Shown here: piece by piece, positions 9,016 through 16,575 of the stretch
Layout: the number at the start of each line of letters is the position of its first letter
Numbering within the stretch: the first letter of the stretch is position 1
Origin: Thalassospiraceae bacterium
GTDB lineage: Bacteria > Pseudomonadota > Alphaproteobacteria > Rhodospirillales > Magnetovibrionaceae
NCBI GenBank assembly: GCA_030637205.1
Contig: DAOVVL010000001.1
Location: 1-37,506 of the forward strand
Direction: 5' to 3'
DNA length: 37,506 nt
Translations under genes and position numbers: made by a program
The notes under the pieces: model-generated
Seen by the model: only the letters and a program-made list of their open reading frames with translations
Database searches by the model: none
What the model was told of the DNA's origin: nothing

Positions 9016-9338
9016 CCATCAAAGAACTCGCAACAAACATGAAATTCTGGATTGCTGTGGGAGCTGCTGTAGCCGGCGTCCTTATCGCTTTGGGAATGGA
9101 AATTGACCGCCCCGCTTGGGCAAGCGATGTTGAGCCTCTAGAACAGCAAGTCGGCATGAATCAGAAGATGATCCTGCAGATCCAGATTGACCAAGTGCAA
9201 CGTTCAATTTGGGCACAGGAAGATCGCAACACCATGTCGCCAACGCAATCTGGCAAGGATCGACTCCGGGATATGGAATTGCATTTGAAGCGATTGCAGG
9301 ATCAAAAAGAGGCGCTGTCGGATAAGAAGGACGGCTGA
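9012..9338 (+). CDS. Single N-terminal TM plus coiled-coil protein (108 aa), i-spanin-like or holin-like
   Basis: The TM segment is FWIAVGAAVAGVLIALGM, followed by a Q/E/K-rich helical region. Starts and stops overlap on both sides (ATGA, TGATG). Confidence 0.5.
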   Translation: MTIKELATNMKFWIAVGAAVAGVLIALGMEIDRPAWASDVEPLEQQVGMNQKMILQIQIDQVQRSIWAQEDRNTMSPTQSGKDRLRDMELHLKRLQDQKEALSDKKDG

Positions 9339-9748
9339 TGCCAAAGTTTGGGCCAGCATCGACTGAGCGCCTTGCAACGTGTCACCCTGATATTCAGCTT
9401 GTTTTTAATCTTGCCATTCAGGAAGCGCCTGCTGATCTGGATTTTTCCATTGTTTGTGGCCGGCGCTCAAAGAAAGCCCAGAACAAAGCCTATGATGAAG
9501 GCAATTCCCATCTGAAATGGCCTGATGGGAAACACAATGTTGACCCCGACAATCCCCGTGATGAAGAATTCCCCGATAAAGCCCACGCGGTTGATGCTGT
9601 GCCTTGGCCAGAACTTTATGAACACATGGGAAAATTCAGGCGGCTGGCTGATCACATCAAGGCGATCGCCAAACGTGAGGGAATAGATTTGCATTGGGGC
9701 TGGGATTTATGGAATTGGGATCCGGCTCACTGGCAATTGGGAAAATGA
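9338..9748 (+). CDS. Endolysin, peptidase M15 (VanY / L-alanyl-D-glutamate peptidase-like)
   Basis: Family pattern present: CGRRSKKAQNKAY...GKH....AHAVDAVPW....IDLHWGWDLWNWDPAHWQL (Zn ligands H/D/H and the WGG-W...D..H-Q-L tail). No signal peptide. Confidence 0.8.
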   Translation: MPKFGPASTERLATCHPDIQLVFNLAIQEAPADLDFSIVCGRRSKKAQNKAYDEGNSHLKWPDGKHNVDPDNPRDEEFPDKAHAVDAVPWPELYEHMGKFRRLADHIKAIAKREGIDLHWGWDLWNWDPAHWQLGK

Positions 9749-9751
9749 TCG

Positions 9752-10642
9752 ATGGCAAACACTCTAATCGTGAATTGTGATGGCACATGGCTGAATGATA
9801 AGGATGCGCGCCCATCAAATGTGAGAAAGTACCACAATGTACTTTCACCCCGGAATCAATTGGCCCTATATCTGCCCGGTGTGGGCGCTGAGAGAGGCCA
9901 ATCACTTATCGGCAAGTGGTTGGGTGGGGCGTTTGGTTTAGGCGCTCACGGCCTCAGAAATCGGGCCTACAAATGGATTGCCCGCTATTGGAGACCAGGG
10001 GATAGGATTTGCCTTTCCGGGTTCTCACGGGGCAGCGCGGTGGCCAGAATGACCGCTGCATATATTTCCAAAAAGGGCATCAAATATCAGGGCAAAACCC
10101 ATTTCCCATCGATCGATTTTCTTGGGTGCTGGGATACGGTTGCATCATTTGGAATCCCCATCAATTTAGGCCCCATTCCATTTCAGCGCATTAATCTGTT
10201 TTCCAATCTGGAAGTTGGCCAGAACGTCAAGAATGCGGTTCATATTGTTGCCCTTGATGAAAACCGTGAGGGCTTCATTCCCAGCCTGATGAACAATCGC
10301 CCAGGCATAAATGAAATATGGGCCATTGGCACTCATTCTGATGTTGGGGGTGGTGAGCCTAATTCCGGCCTATCAGATATCACGCTTTCATACATGATGC
10401 GGGAAGCCCAGAAAGTCGGGGTGATGTTCAAGGATGATGCATTTGATGGCTTGGCGCCTAATCCTGATGGCACAATCCATGTCCACAAGTTCAATCCCAA
10501 GCCTGGGGTTCGGACAGTTCATGTTCTGAAAAATGATGCGGTGAGTGGGTTAAGCCCCAAGGTGCATATTTCAGCAACCACCCGGCAGAATTACAAACCG
10601 CTTTCCAAGGTTGATATGGGGCGCGTTCAGATTGTGCCTTGA
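9752..10642 (+). CDS. DUF2235 / Tle1-like alpha-beta hydrolase (putative phospholipase)
   Basis: Family hallmarks present: N-terminal LIVNCDGTW, nucleophile elbow LSGFSRGSAVAR (GxSxG), FLGCWDTVASFG and GTHSDVGGG. It starts 3 nt after the endolysin stop and is the last gene of the rightward late transcription unit. Confidence 0.75.
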   Translation: MANTLIVNCDGTWLNDKDARPSNVRKYHNVLSPRNQLALYLPGVGAERGQSLIGKWLGGAFGLGAHGLRNRAYKWIARYWRPGDRICLSGFSRGSAVARMTAAYISKKGIKYQGKTHFPSIDFLGCWDTVASFGIPINLGPIPFQRINLFSNLEVGQNVKNAVHIVALDENREGFIPSLMNNRPGINEIWAIGTHSDVGGGEPNSGLSDITLSYMMREAQKVGVMFKDDAFDGLAPNPDGTIHVHKFNPKPGVRTVHVLKNDAVSGLSPKVHISATTRQNYKPLSKVDMGRVQIVP

Positions 10643-10809
10643 GGATCAAATTCCCACACACACAGCAGTAAATCGAAAAAATTCAGGGTAAGCGGCCAAG
10701 GCATTAACGCATTCGCCCAAGCTAGCGTAGGATTTTGCCAGCACTTCATTCGGTGCATTTATCCAGTTTGGCGCGATATACCAAGTCATGGGCGATTCCG
10801 CTCCCAAAG

Positions 10810-11082
10810 TTACGCTGGTTCGGGCGTCCCGCCCAAGTTTTCAATCTGCACTTTCAACTGCTTTATTCGGTGGTCTTGGTCTTCAATCAGTCGGGCGGTT
10901 CTTTGAAGATCGCTAGTGGTGACGTTGATTGTTTCGCCTCGGCACTTCATTTGCCGGATAATGTCGCCCTTGCCGATTGTCCCAAGCCACACCGAAGCGG
11001 CGTTACGTAGGTGCTTTGCCATTTCGTCAACCGTCTGCGGTTCATCAGCAGCGGGAAAATCTGGGCTTATTCGTGTATCCAT
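10810..11082 (-). CDS. Hypothetical protein (90 aa), last gene of the leftward operon
   Basis: AAGGAGA SD upstream of the ATG, within the conserved leader repeat. Confidence 0.6.
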   Translation of the reverse strand: MDTRISPDFPAADEPQTVDEMAKHLRNAASVWLGTIGKGDIIRQMKCRGETINVTTSDLQRTARLIEDQDHRIKQLKVQIENLGGTPEPA

Positions 11083-11184
11083 GTCGCTCTCCTTGAGGCT
11101 CCTTTAATAGACGGTTGATTTGCTACGCTGGCTCAACCGCCAAAGCCTCGGTACGGACAGACGCCGATTGGCGCTGCCCCCACA

Positions 11185-11376
11185 CTACTTCCAGAACTGC
11201 CACCATTTATGTTCTGGTATTAAGTTGGTTAGGCATAATTCATCAATTCCCAGCTTCTCACGGATAGCGCGCTCAACCTCTGCTGCATCATCCGGCTTGA
11301 ACCGCTTGGATAACTTGACGCAAGCGCGCCCCCATCCAGTTTTATGTGCATATACGGCCATGTAGTCCGTTGCCAT
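11185..11376 (-). CDS. Hypothetical protein (63 aa)
   Basis: AAGGAGA SD upstream of the ATG, within the conserved leader repeat. Confidence 0.6.
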   Translation of the reverse strand: MATDYMAVYAHKTGWGRACVKLSKRFKPDDAAEVERAIREKLGIDELCLTNLIPEHKWWQFWK

Positions 11377-11398
11377 TTCTTATCTCCTTGAGGCTCGT

Positions 11399-11545
11399 TT
11401 ACGCGCCGATTTTCTCAGCGGTTAAATCCAAATAATCAAGTTCCGGGTCGTCCGCCATTGCTTCTTGTTTTGCGTCCGGTTCGCTGTCGGCCCTGTAATG
11501 GCCAATAAGTTCCCCGTCATTGGTTTTCACTTCGTACATTGGCAT
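11399..11545 (-). CDS. Hypothetical small protein (48 aa, MPMYEVKTNDGELIGHYRADSEPDAKQEAMADDPELDYLDLTAEKIGA)
   Basis: Not in the ORF track because it is under 60 aa. AGGAGA lies 5 nt upstream of the ATG, and the ORF fills an otherwise empty gap in the operon. Confidence 0.5.
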   Translation of the reverse strand: MPMYEVKTNDGELIGHYRADSEPDAKQEAMADDPELDYLDLTAEKIGA

Positions 11546-11572
11546 TATTTTCTCCTATGCCGATTACGGCTC

Positions 11573-11887
11573 CTAAACGACAGACCCGTGCATCAAGCCG
11601 GGATAACCCCAGCCCGAATGAACACGCGGGTCTTTCTTCGGTTCCATTTCTCGTTTCAACGCATCAAGCTGGCGGCGCGAACAGACAAGAACGGTCTTGT
11701 TGTTCAGCATGAATGGTTCGCCATCCACAAATTCCGGGTATTTGGCTTCGATGTACGGCGTGATTGGCAACCACCGGGCAAGCCACTTGATCACGGGATG
11801 CACCGGGAACTGGCGTGTTCGCATCTTTCCCGTTGCTACTTGCGGCCACGGCTCAAATACCTGCACTTTCACTCCAAACACATCCAT
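11573..11887 (-). CDS. Hypothetical protein (104 aa, start MDVFGVKV)
   Basis: The track ORF extends to 12052, but that extension overlaps the upstream gene. ATG 11887 has GAGGG 7 nt upstream. Confidence 0.55.
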   Translation of the reverse strand: MDVFGVKVQVFEPWPQVATGKMRTRQFPVHPVIKWLARWLPITPYIEAKYPEFVDGEPFMLNNKTVLVCSRRQLDALKREMEPKKDPRVHSGWGYPGLMHGSVV

Positions 11888-11900
11888 CAGAAAACCCTCG

Positions 11901-12143
11901 TTACTGTGACAGCGCACGGGTGCATGATGGGCAAGTCCAATCATCACCGTGAACCTCGTTGTTGCAGAAGTCGCACAAACGCCTTCCGTTGGCATTGGCC
12001 CGTTTAAGGCGATCCGCAGCTTTGAATAAACTACGTGGTGAAACGGCCCCACAAGGGAAGGGCGTCATAGCCCAAAGGATATATTCGCAAAGATCATTAT
12101 TGGCCTCTGGGATAGCCTTTTGGATGATTTCTTGCGCGTTCAT
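11901..12143 (-). CDS. Hypothetical Cys-rich protein (80 aa), C-terminal CDFC..X..CPSC zinc-ribbon-like
   Basis: ATG 12143 (MNAQEIIQ) is preceded by TGGAGG. The C-terminus has two CxxC pairs. Confidence 0.55.
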   Translation of the reverse strand: MNAQEIIQKAIPEANNDLCEYILWAMTPFPCGAVSPRSLFKAADRLKRANANGRRLCDFCNNEVHGDDWTCPSCTRALSQ

Positions 12144-12158
12144 ACTGGCCTCCAAAAG

Positions 12159-12251
12159 TTACAGCGCAGCGACGGCAATAATCGCTGCCGAGACGCCAAG
12201 GCCCAGCACGACACCGATTGCGCCAGGGTGGTTGAAAAGCAAATGCTTCAT
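12159..12251 (-). CDS. Possible 30-aa single-TM peptide (MKHLLFNHPGAIGVVLGLGVSAAIIAVAAL)
   Basis: GGAGAA SD lies 7 nt upstream. The ORF fills the gap between the ASCH gene and the next gene. Confidence 0.4.
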   Translation of the reverse strand: MKHLLFNHPGAIGVVLGLGVSAAIIAVAAL

Positions 12252-12269
12252 GGTTCGTTTCTCCGTTAC

Positions 12270-12737
12270 CTATCGAGACGCCATAGCAGGCGTTGTTTCG
12301 TTCGTTGGCGGATGCGTGTCGCAAATCTCGCGGAAATGAACTCGGTCAACGCTTAAAATATTGGAGCCTTGACCTTCGGAAAGTGTCCCGTCGTGCCATA
12401 GCGCAGCGACCTGGGCGCTTATGTCAGGCGTGAAGAAACTCAGCGCGCCCTTGCAAGGCATGAAGGGCAGTTCCTTGACGTTTTCCAGCACAAAACCCCA
12501 CGGCCCAAAGAACCAGCGGCTTTCCATTTCCTGAACGCAATCAACGATTTCGGCCATACCGACGATGCCGCCGAATTGGTATTGCCCGCGTTCGTCTTTG
12601 TCCAATTCCGCCGTGCTTTTGCTGGCGTGGATAAGCACCGGCCCCCGGTAATGGGTGCGCCAATCTCTATTCTCAACGTCTTTGCCGTCGAAAATGATAT
12701 TGTGGGCGTAGGGCTGGCGGATGCTGATTGCCTTCAT
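12270..12737 (-). CDS. ASCH (PUA-like) domain protein
   Basis: The N-terminus MKAISIRQPYAHNIIFDGKDVENRDWRTHYRGPVLIHA matches the classical ASCH pattern. Confidence 0.7.
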   Translation of the reverse strand: MKAISIRQPYAHNIIFDGKDVENRDWRTHYRGPVLIHASKSTAELDKDERGQYQFGGIVGMAEIVDCVQEMESRWFFGPWGFVLENVKELPFMPCKGALSFFTPDISAQVAALWHDGTLSEGQGSNILSVDRVHFREICDTHPPTNETTPAMASR

Positions 12738-13081
12738 TGTTCATTTGTTCCTTTGTCGGACAGAGCCGCTCGGGCTGATTGCAGCGCCTTGATAAAGGCG
12801 TCCTCAGTTTCGCCGGGCCGGTCATTCCAGCCACCAATGACTGCGCCGCCAGTCGGCCCTATGATCCCGATAGGCAAGCCGTTGTATTCAATAGCGGCGT
12901 TGTAGGGCGGTACTTCTGCCCCCTTGCTGTTGTTGGTTGGTTCCTTGTGGGCATTGAGGGAAAACCACCAATTTTCATCAACCTGATGTTCCCAACACCC
13001 ATCAAGTTTGCTGATATCCGTTATGCCGAGCGACCCAGCCAATTCGGCAATTTCCGAAAATGCGACAGCTATTTGCATCAT
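12734..13081 (-). CDS. Hypothetical protein (115 aa)
   Basis: Overlapping start and stop couple it to both neighbours. No motif recognised. Confidence 0.6.
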   Translation of the reverse strand: MMQIAVAFSEIAELAGSLGITDISKLDGCWEHQVDENWWFSLNAHKEPTNNSKGAEVPPYNAAIEYNGLPIGIIGPTGGAVIGGWNDRPGETEDAFIKALQSARAALSDKGTNEQ

Positions 13082-13230
13082 CTTTCCTTTGCTCGTTCAG
13101 GGGACGTTTCATCTTCCATTTCATGGCGGCAATCTTGACAGTGCCATTTATCCAGAAGTTCATTATATGCCAAAACATCGTCGTCGGTGTCGATCAGTTC
13201 ACCGCATCTATCGCAGGCCAACATACTCAT
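13078..13230 (-). CDS. Small zinc-ribbon-like protein (50 aa, CDRC...CQDC)
   Basis: Not in the ORF track. GAAGGGA SD upstream, and its stop overlaps the next ATG (ATGA). Confidence 0.5.
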   Translation of the reverse strand: MSMLACDRCGELIDTDDDVLAYNELLDKWHCQDCRHEMEDETSPERAKER

Positions 13231-13243
13231 GGTTCGTATCCCT

Positions 13244-13864
13244 TCAAATGGTTTTCAGAACCTTCATGATGCCATCCCGAGCCGAGCAGACGTTTTTGAT
13301 TTCCTGCTGCAAGGCTTCGTATATTTTCTCATCCGGCTTCTGCCGAATAATCAGGGATGGAAGGTGGGGGTGGTAGAATAATATGTCACACCACTTTCTT
13401 TCGCAGAGCATCATCTGGCCTTGGGTTTGGGGAACGTAGGTGGTGGGGCATTTTTTGTTTTTCCTGAGATACATAATCGTCTTGATGTGATTCTCGGCCT
13501 TGAGGCACTTAATTTCGACCATGCCCACCTTGCCGACCAAGCCATCCGGGGAGCAGCCTGCCGAGCCTTCGTTGTTGGTTACAAAGCCAACTCTTTCAAC
13601 CCTGATGTTCTTTTTCATCTGGTAGTAGGCAACTGCCTCGTCCTCAAGGTCTTGGCCCCGATTAGAGAATTGGCTGCCCGTCCAGGCGTCCAGCTCGGCA
13701 ATGCCGGAAAAAGCCTCGGCAGCGAGTGAACGGGCATATTCCTCTGATGATTTGGATGGCTCACCCTTGGACGTCACCAGCTTGGAAAATGCCGAAGCGG
13801 TAGGAACCCCGGACCTCAAGGCCCGCCACTCGTCGCTGCGTTGCTCTGCTTCGTGGATAATCAT
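13244..13864 (-). CDS. YqaJ / lambda-Exo-like recombination exonuclease
   Basis: Start MIIHEAEQRSDEWRALRSG. The PD-(D/E)XK core reads CSPDG...VEIKC. ATG 13864 overlaps the ERF stop (ATGA). The track start at 13951 lies inside the ERF gene. Confidence 0.8.
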   Translation of the reverse strand: MIIHEAEQRSDEWRALRSGVPTASAFSKLVTSKGEPSKSSEEYARSLAAEAFSGIAELDAWTGSQFSNRGQDLEDEAVAYYQMKKNIRVERVGFVTNNEGSAGCSPDGLVGKVGMVEIKCLKAENHIKTIMYLRKNKKCPTTYVPQTQGQMMLCERKWCDILFYHPHLPSLIIRQKPDEKIYEALQQEIKNVCSARDGIMKVLKTI

Positions 13865-14604
13865 TTTTTGGCCTGCTTGGAGAGCAGCTCTTTGTGGACC
13901 TTGTCGAAGTTGGTGGCCAGAATATCTTCGACCTTTTCCGCCTTGGCCCATTCAAGGAACAGAGCTTTATCAACCCCCGTTTCGTCGAGCAGATCATTGA
14001 TGATTGTTTCTTCGTCCAACGAAAGCGTGTCGGTGTTTTCAGGCTCATCCCCGTCAAGGTCTTGATCTGAAGAGGCCAGCCCAAGCACCGCGAAAAGCGT
14101 GTAGCGTTCAAGGTATGTGACCGTTGAGGCAATCGCCTGAATGGTGTTTTTCTTTCCGCTATCGTCAGCCGGCGCGTTCATCGATGTGCATTCTTGGTGG
14201 CCCAGGGCGTGGGTCACGCAGCACGTTACTTCAATTCCCGGACCCGCCTGATTGGTCTTCCAAGAATGGGAAAGTCCGCACTTGCTCAGCAACCCCTGAA
14301 CCTGATTGATGGTCTCAGCAAGGCCAGCATATTTGGAATTATGACCCGTCCGTGTCTTGTCGATAATCGGACACTCGCCGCGAAATTGGGTCATAGCCAG
14401 AACATAGGCTTTGCGGGCCTCGTTGGCTTCGTAGCGTTCCTGCATGCCCATATACCGCTCAAGCGTTTCGGGGTTGGCGCCCTGCTGGGTTGCCATCTGC
14501 AAAAGATGCATTGGCGTTGCTGCTGGTCCTTCCACAATTTGGAGGTCGCCCGACCCTTTGTCTGTCGGGTCCATGATTTCCTGCTTTTCCTGTTCTGCGC
14601 TCAT
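13861..14604 (-). CDS. ERF-family single-strand annealing protein
   Basis: The pattern ..NSKYAGLAETINQVQGLLSKCGLS...KKNTIQAIASTVTYLERYTLFAVLGLASSDQD resembles P22 Erf (..KYKYRSCEDIL...GATSSYARKYCLNGLFGIDD). It is paired with a YqaJ exonuclease. Confidence 0.75.
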   Translation of the reverse strand: MSAEQEKQEIMDPTDKGSGDLQIVEGPAATPMHLLQMATQQGANPETLERYMGMQERYEANEARKAYVLAMTQFRGECPIIDKTRTGHNSKYAGLAETINQVQGLLSKCGLSHSWKTNQAGPGIEVTCCVTHALGHQECTSMNAPADDSGKKNTIQAIASTVTYLERYTLFAVLGLASSDQDLDGDEPENTDTLSLDEETIINDLLDETGVDKALFLEWAKAEKVEDILATNFDKVHKELLSKQAKK

Positions 14605-14777
14605 GTTTCTTTCTCCTGTTTCAAACTATATTTTTCTAGCAATAGGTGGGCAGCTCGTATGTGGCGCAAGGCGTCTTCAGAAAGCTCCTCCCCTCTCAGG
14701 TCTATGGCCAGTTGTAGCAGGCACTTGGCGTCAACCTCGGCGTCCTTGCCGTCTTCGTGTTCCATTTCATTGTTCAT
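14601..14777 (-). CDS. Hypothetical acidic protein (58 aa)
   Basis: Not in the ORF track. AAGGAG SD upstream, and its stop overlaps the ERF ATG (ATGA). Confidence 0.5.
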   Translation of the reverse strand: MNNEMEHEDGKDAEVDAKCLLQLAIDLRGEELSEDALRHIRAAHLLLEKYSLKQEKET

Positions 14778-14934
14778 TTGCCTGCTCCTTATCCGGCCAC
14801 TTCAGCTTTCGGGCATCGTGTTCGGCTCTGACTGTCGCTCTAAGTTCCCTGATTTCCAAGCTATCTATTGGGCCACAATGTGGGCAGATATGCTTTCTCA
14901 GGTTCGGTTTTCCGCAACACGGGCAACTGGCCAT
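14767..14934 (-). CDS. Small zinc-ribbon protein (55 aa, CPCC...CPHC)
   Basis: Not in the ORF track. GAGGAG SD lies 8 nt upstream. It is the first gene after the 218-nt structured spacer. Confidence 0.5.
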   Translation of the reverse strand: MASCPCCGKPNLRKHICPHCGPIDSLEIRELRATVRAEHDARKLKWPDKEQANEQ

Positions 14935-15152
14935 TTAGAAATCTCCTCGGAAACAATGCGGCGCGGTCCTTCGCCAATCCATCAAAACCAATCCCATGGA
15001 CCTTGCCGCATCTTTCCCGCTTTACTGAAGCTTAGATCTTCTAAGCGAAGTACATATTGCGAATGCAATATGCGGACCCCGCCGACCTTTCCTATGGGAC
15101 TGCTCTTCTGCAAGCAGGCTGGCACTAGGTCAAAGCGGTGGGGGTCTGTGCG
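14935..15152 (-). promoter_or_regulatory. Structured non-coding spacer inside the leftward operon
   Basis: No credible ORF. It holds perfect hairpins at 15030..15046 (7-bp stem) and 15053..15072 (8-bp stem, 4-nt loop), and CCAATCC direct repeats at 14974 and 14988. Confidence 0.35.
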
Positions 15153-15647
15153 TTAGGCCTCCTTTTCTGTCTCGGGTTCTGGCTCCGTTTTGTTGAGCAT
15201 CGGGATTTGCTTTGCGTTGTTGCCCAGGTTGGCAATCAGAGACTTGCTCAGCTCTTCCCGCTTGGTGTTCACCTCGGCAGCCTTGATCGCCAGGATGGCC
15301 TTCTCTTCCTGCTGCCGGATTTCTTCGAAGTTGGCCGTGTTGACCGTGCCAATCAGCCAGTGGCATTCCTTGTCGCTGTCGTAGTCGATTTCAATGTCGG
15401 TAGCGACCACCTTGCAGACCGTCATGCCGTGGCGGGTATCGGTGGGGACAATAACGAAGTCGCTCACCTTGATATCTTTGTTCATGGTTTTGAAAACCAC
15501 CGCATCTTTGGGAAGCTGGCCGCCCGCCAGATAGGCCGGCTGGTACTTCATCTGCGTGGTGTCTTGGGCGAGGTCGATCTTTTCGTATGTGACCGCGATT
15601 GCCCGGACGTCTGTGTTGATCAGAAAAATAGCTGTGCTGTAGTTCAT
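15153..15647 (-). CDS. Hypothetical protein (164 aa) with an acidic C-terminal tail; a possible ssDNA-binding role is inferred from context only
   Basis: ATG 15647 (MNYSTAIF) has AAAGGA upstream, and the longer track ORF overlaps the upstream gene. The C-terminus EPEPETEKEA and the position upstream of ERF/Exo are the only hints. Confidence 0.5.
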   Translation of the reverse strand: MNYSTAIFLINTDVRAIAVTYEKIDLAQDTTQMKYQPAYLAGGQLPKDAVVFKTMNKDIKVSDFVIVPTDTRHGMTVCKVVATDIEIDYDSDKECHWLIGTVNTANFEEIRQQEEKAILAIKAAEVNTKREELSKSLIANLGNNAKQIPMLNKTEPEPETEKEA

Positions 15648-15703
15648 AACGTATCCTTTCACTTTCAGTTTCAAATCAGAGCGCCATTTCTTGGCGGTCT
15701 GGG

Positions 15704-16006
15704 TTAATCTTTCTGCCACCAGTAGCGCGGCCTTTCCTTTTCTAATTCTTTTTTGATGATCCGGGGTTTGGTGTCTTTGACACCATAACCGTGGCCATCC
15801 TTCCAGCGTGAAGTCAACCACTCATGCTGGGCTAATATCTCAGGCGGTTTGCTTATGCCGTGCGAGGCCGCGTTTATCCCAGAAAGCATCGCCAGCGTCC
15901 CTGCGTCGTCTTTCTCGCCGCGCCTTAATGCGGCCACACTTTCCAGCGCGCGCTCCTGATCGGAGTCGGGGCCTGGGCGGAAGTCCTTAATCATCTCGGC
16001 CTGCAT
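15704..16006 (-). CDS. Hypothetical protein (100 aa)
   Basis: ORF collinear with the operon. The start is uncertain (ATG 16006 or 15994). Confidence 0.5.
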   Translation of the reverse strand: MQAEMIKDFRPGPDSDQERALESVAALRRGEKDDAGTLAMLSGINAASHGISKPPEILAQHEWLTSRWKDGHGYGVKDTKPRIIKKELEKERPRYWWQKD

Positions 16007-16208
16007 AATTCGCTTCGCCTATCAGTTTGAGTTCAAGTTTGGCTTCTTCAATTGTGGTCTGGCAGATGGCGATCATCGTCGCCGTTTCCTCATCGTAAAC
16101 GCCTGCCTTGCGCGCCTTGTCCCGTCTTTCCAATAACCCGTCCAGCGTCTTTTCCTCTTGGTCGACGGTGCGGGTCAATTCCTCGGTTCGGTTCGCGGGG
16201 ATGGACAT
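15987..16208 (-). CDS. Hypothetical coiled-coil protein (73 aa)
   Basis: ORF collinear with the operon. Confidence 0.55.
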   Translation of the reverse strand: MSIPANRTEELTRTVDQEEKTLDGLLERRDKARKAGVYDEETATMIAICQTTIEEAKLELKLIGEANYAGRDD

Positions 16209-16218
16209 GGGAGCCGTC

Positions 16219-16572
16219 CTAACGAACGCCAGAACAAGCGTCTTCGATTACGCCGCTGATGGCGGTCATTACCTTGGCGCGGGTTTCTGGGTTGGCCTTG
16301 AGTTTATTGACCTGCTTTTCAAGTTCGCCGCCCATGCGACCGATAAGGATTTTTGCCAGCTTTTGATTAAGGGCTTCGCGCAATGCATCCTTGAAACCGT
16401 CATTTTTGATAAGCGCGGCAAATTCATCATTGATCAGGTTGTAAAGTTCCTGCTCATTGGCATCTATGACGTTGTTGCAGAGTTTTCCAAGCTGGGAATT
16501 ATAGCCCGTCAGTTGGTTAATGATGGCCTCGGAAATTGCTTTCTTGGCAGTGTCTAAAATCTGTTGTTCCAT
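16219..16572 (-). CDS. Hypothetical helical protein (117 aa)
   Basis: ORF collinear with the operon. Confidence 0.6.
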   Translation of the reverse strand: MEQQILDTAKKAISEAIINQLTGYNSQLGKLCNNVIDANEQELYNLINDEFAALIKNDGFKDALREALNQKLAKILIGRMGGELEKQVNKLKANPETRAKVMTAISGVIEDACSGVR

Positions 16573-16575
16573 CGT

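Noticed and set aside
15030-15072. Two perfect hairpins considered as rho-independent terminators.
   Set aside because: Neither is followed by a U-tract on either strand. They are reported as unexplained structure rather than called as terminators.
14194-15156. A 320-aa forward ORF across the ERF region, and 15138..15707 forward.
   Set aside because: They are antisense to recognisable ERF and neighbouring genes. They have low-complexity Cys/Ser/Leu-rich translations and no SD.
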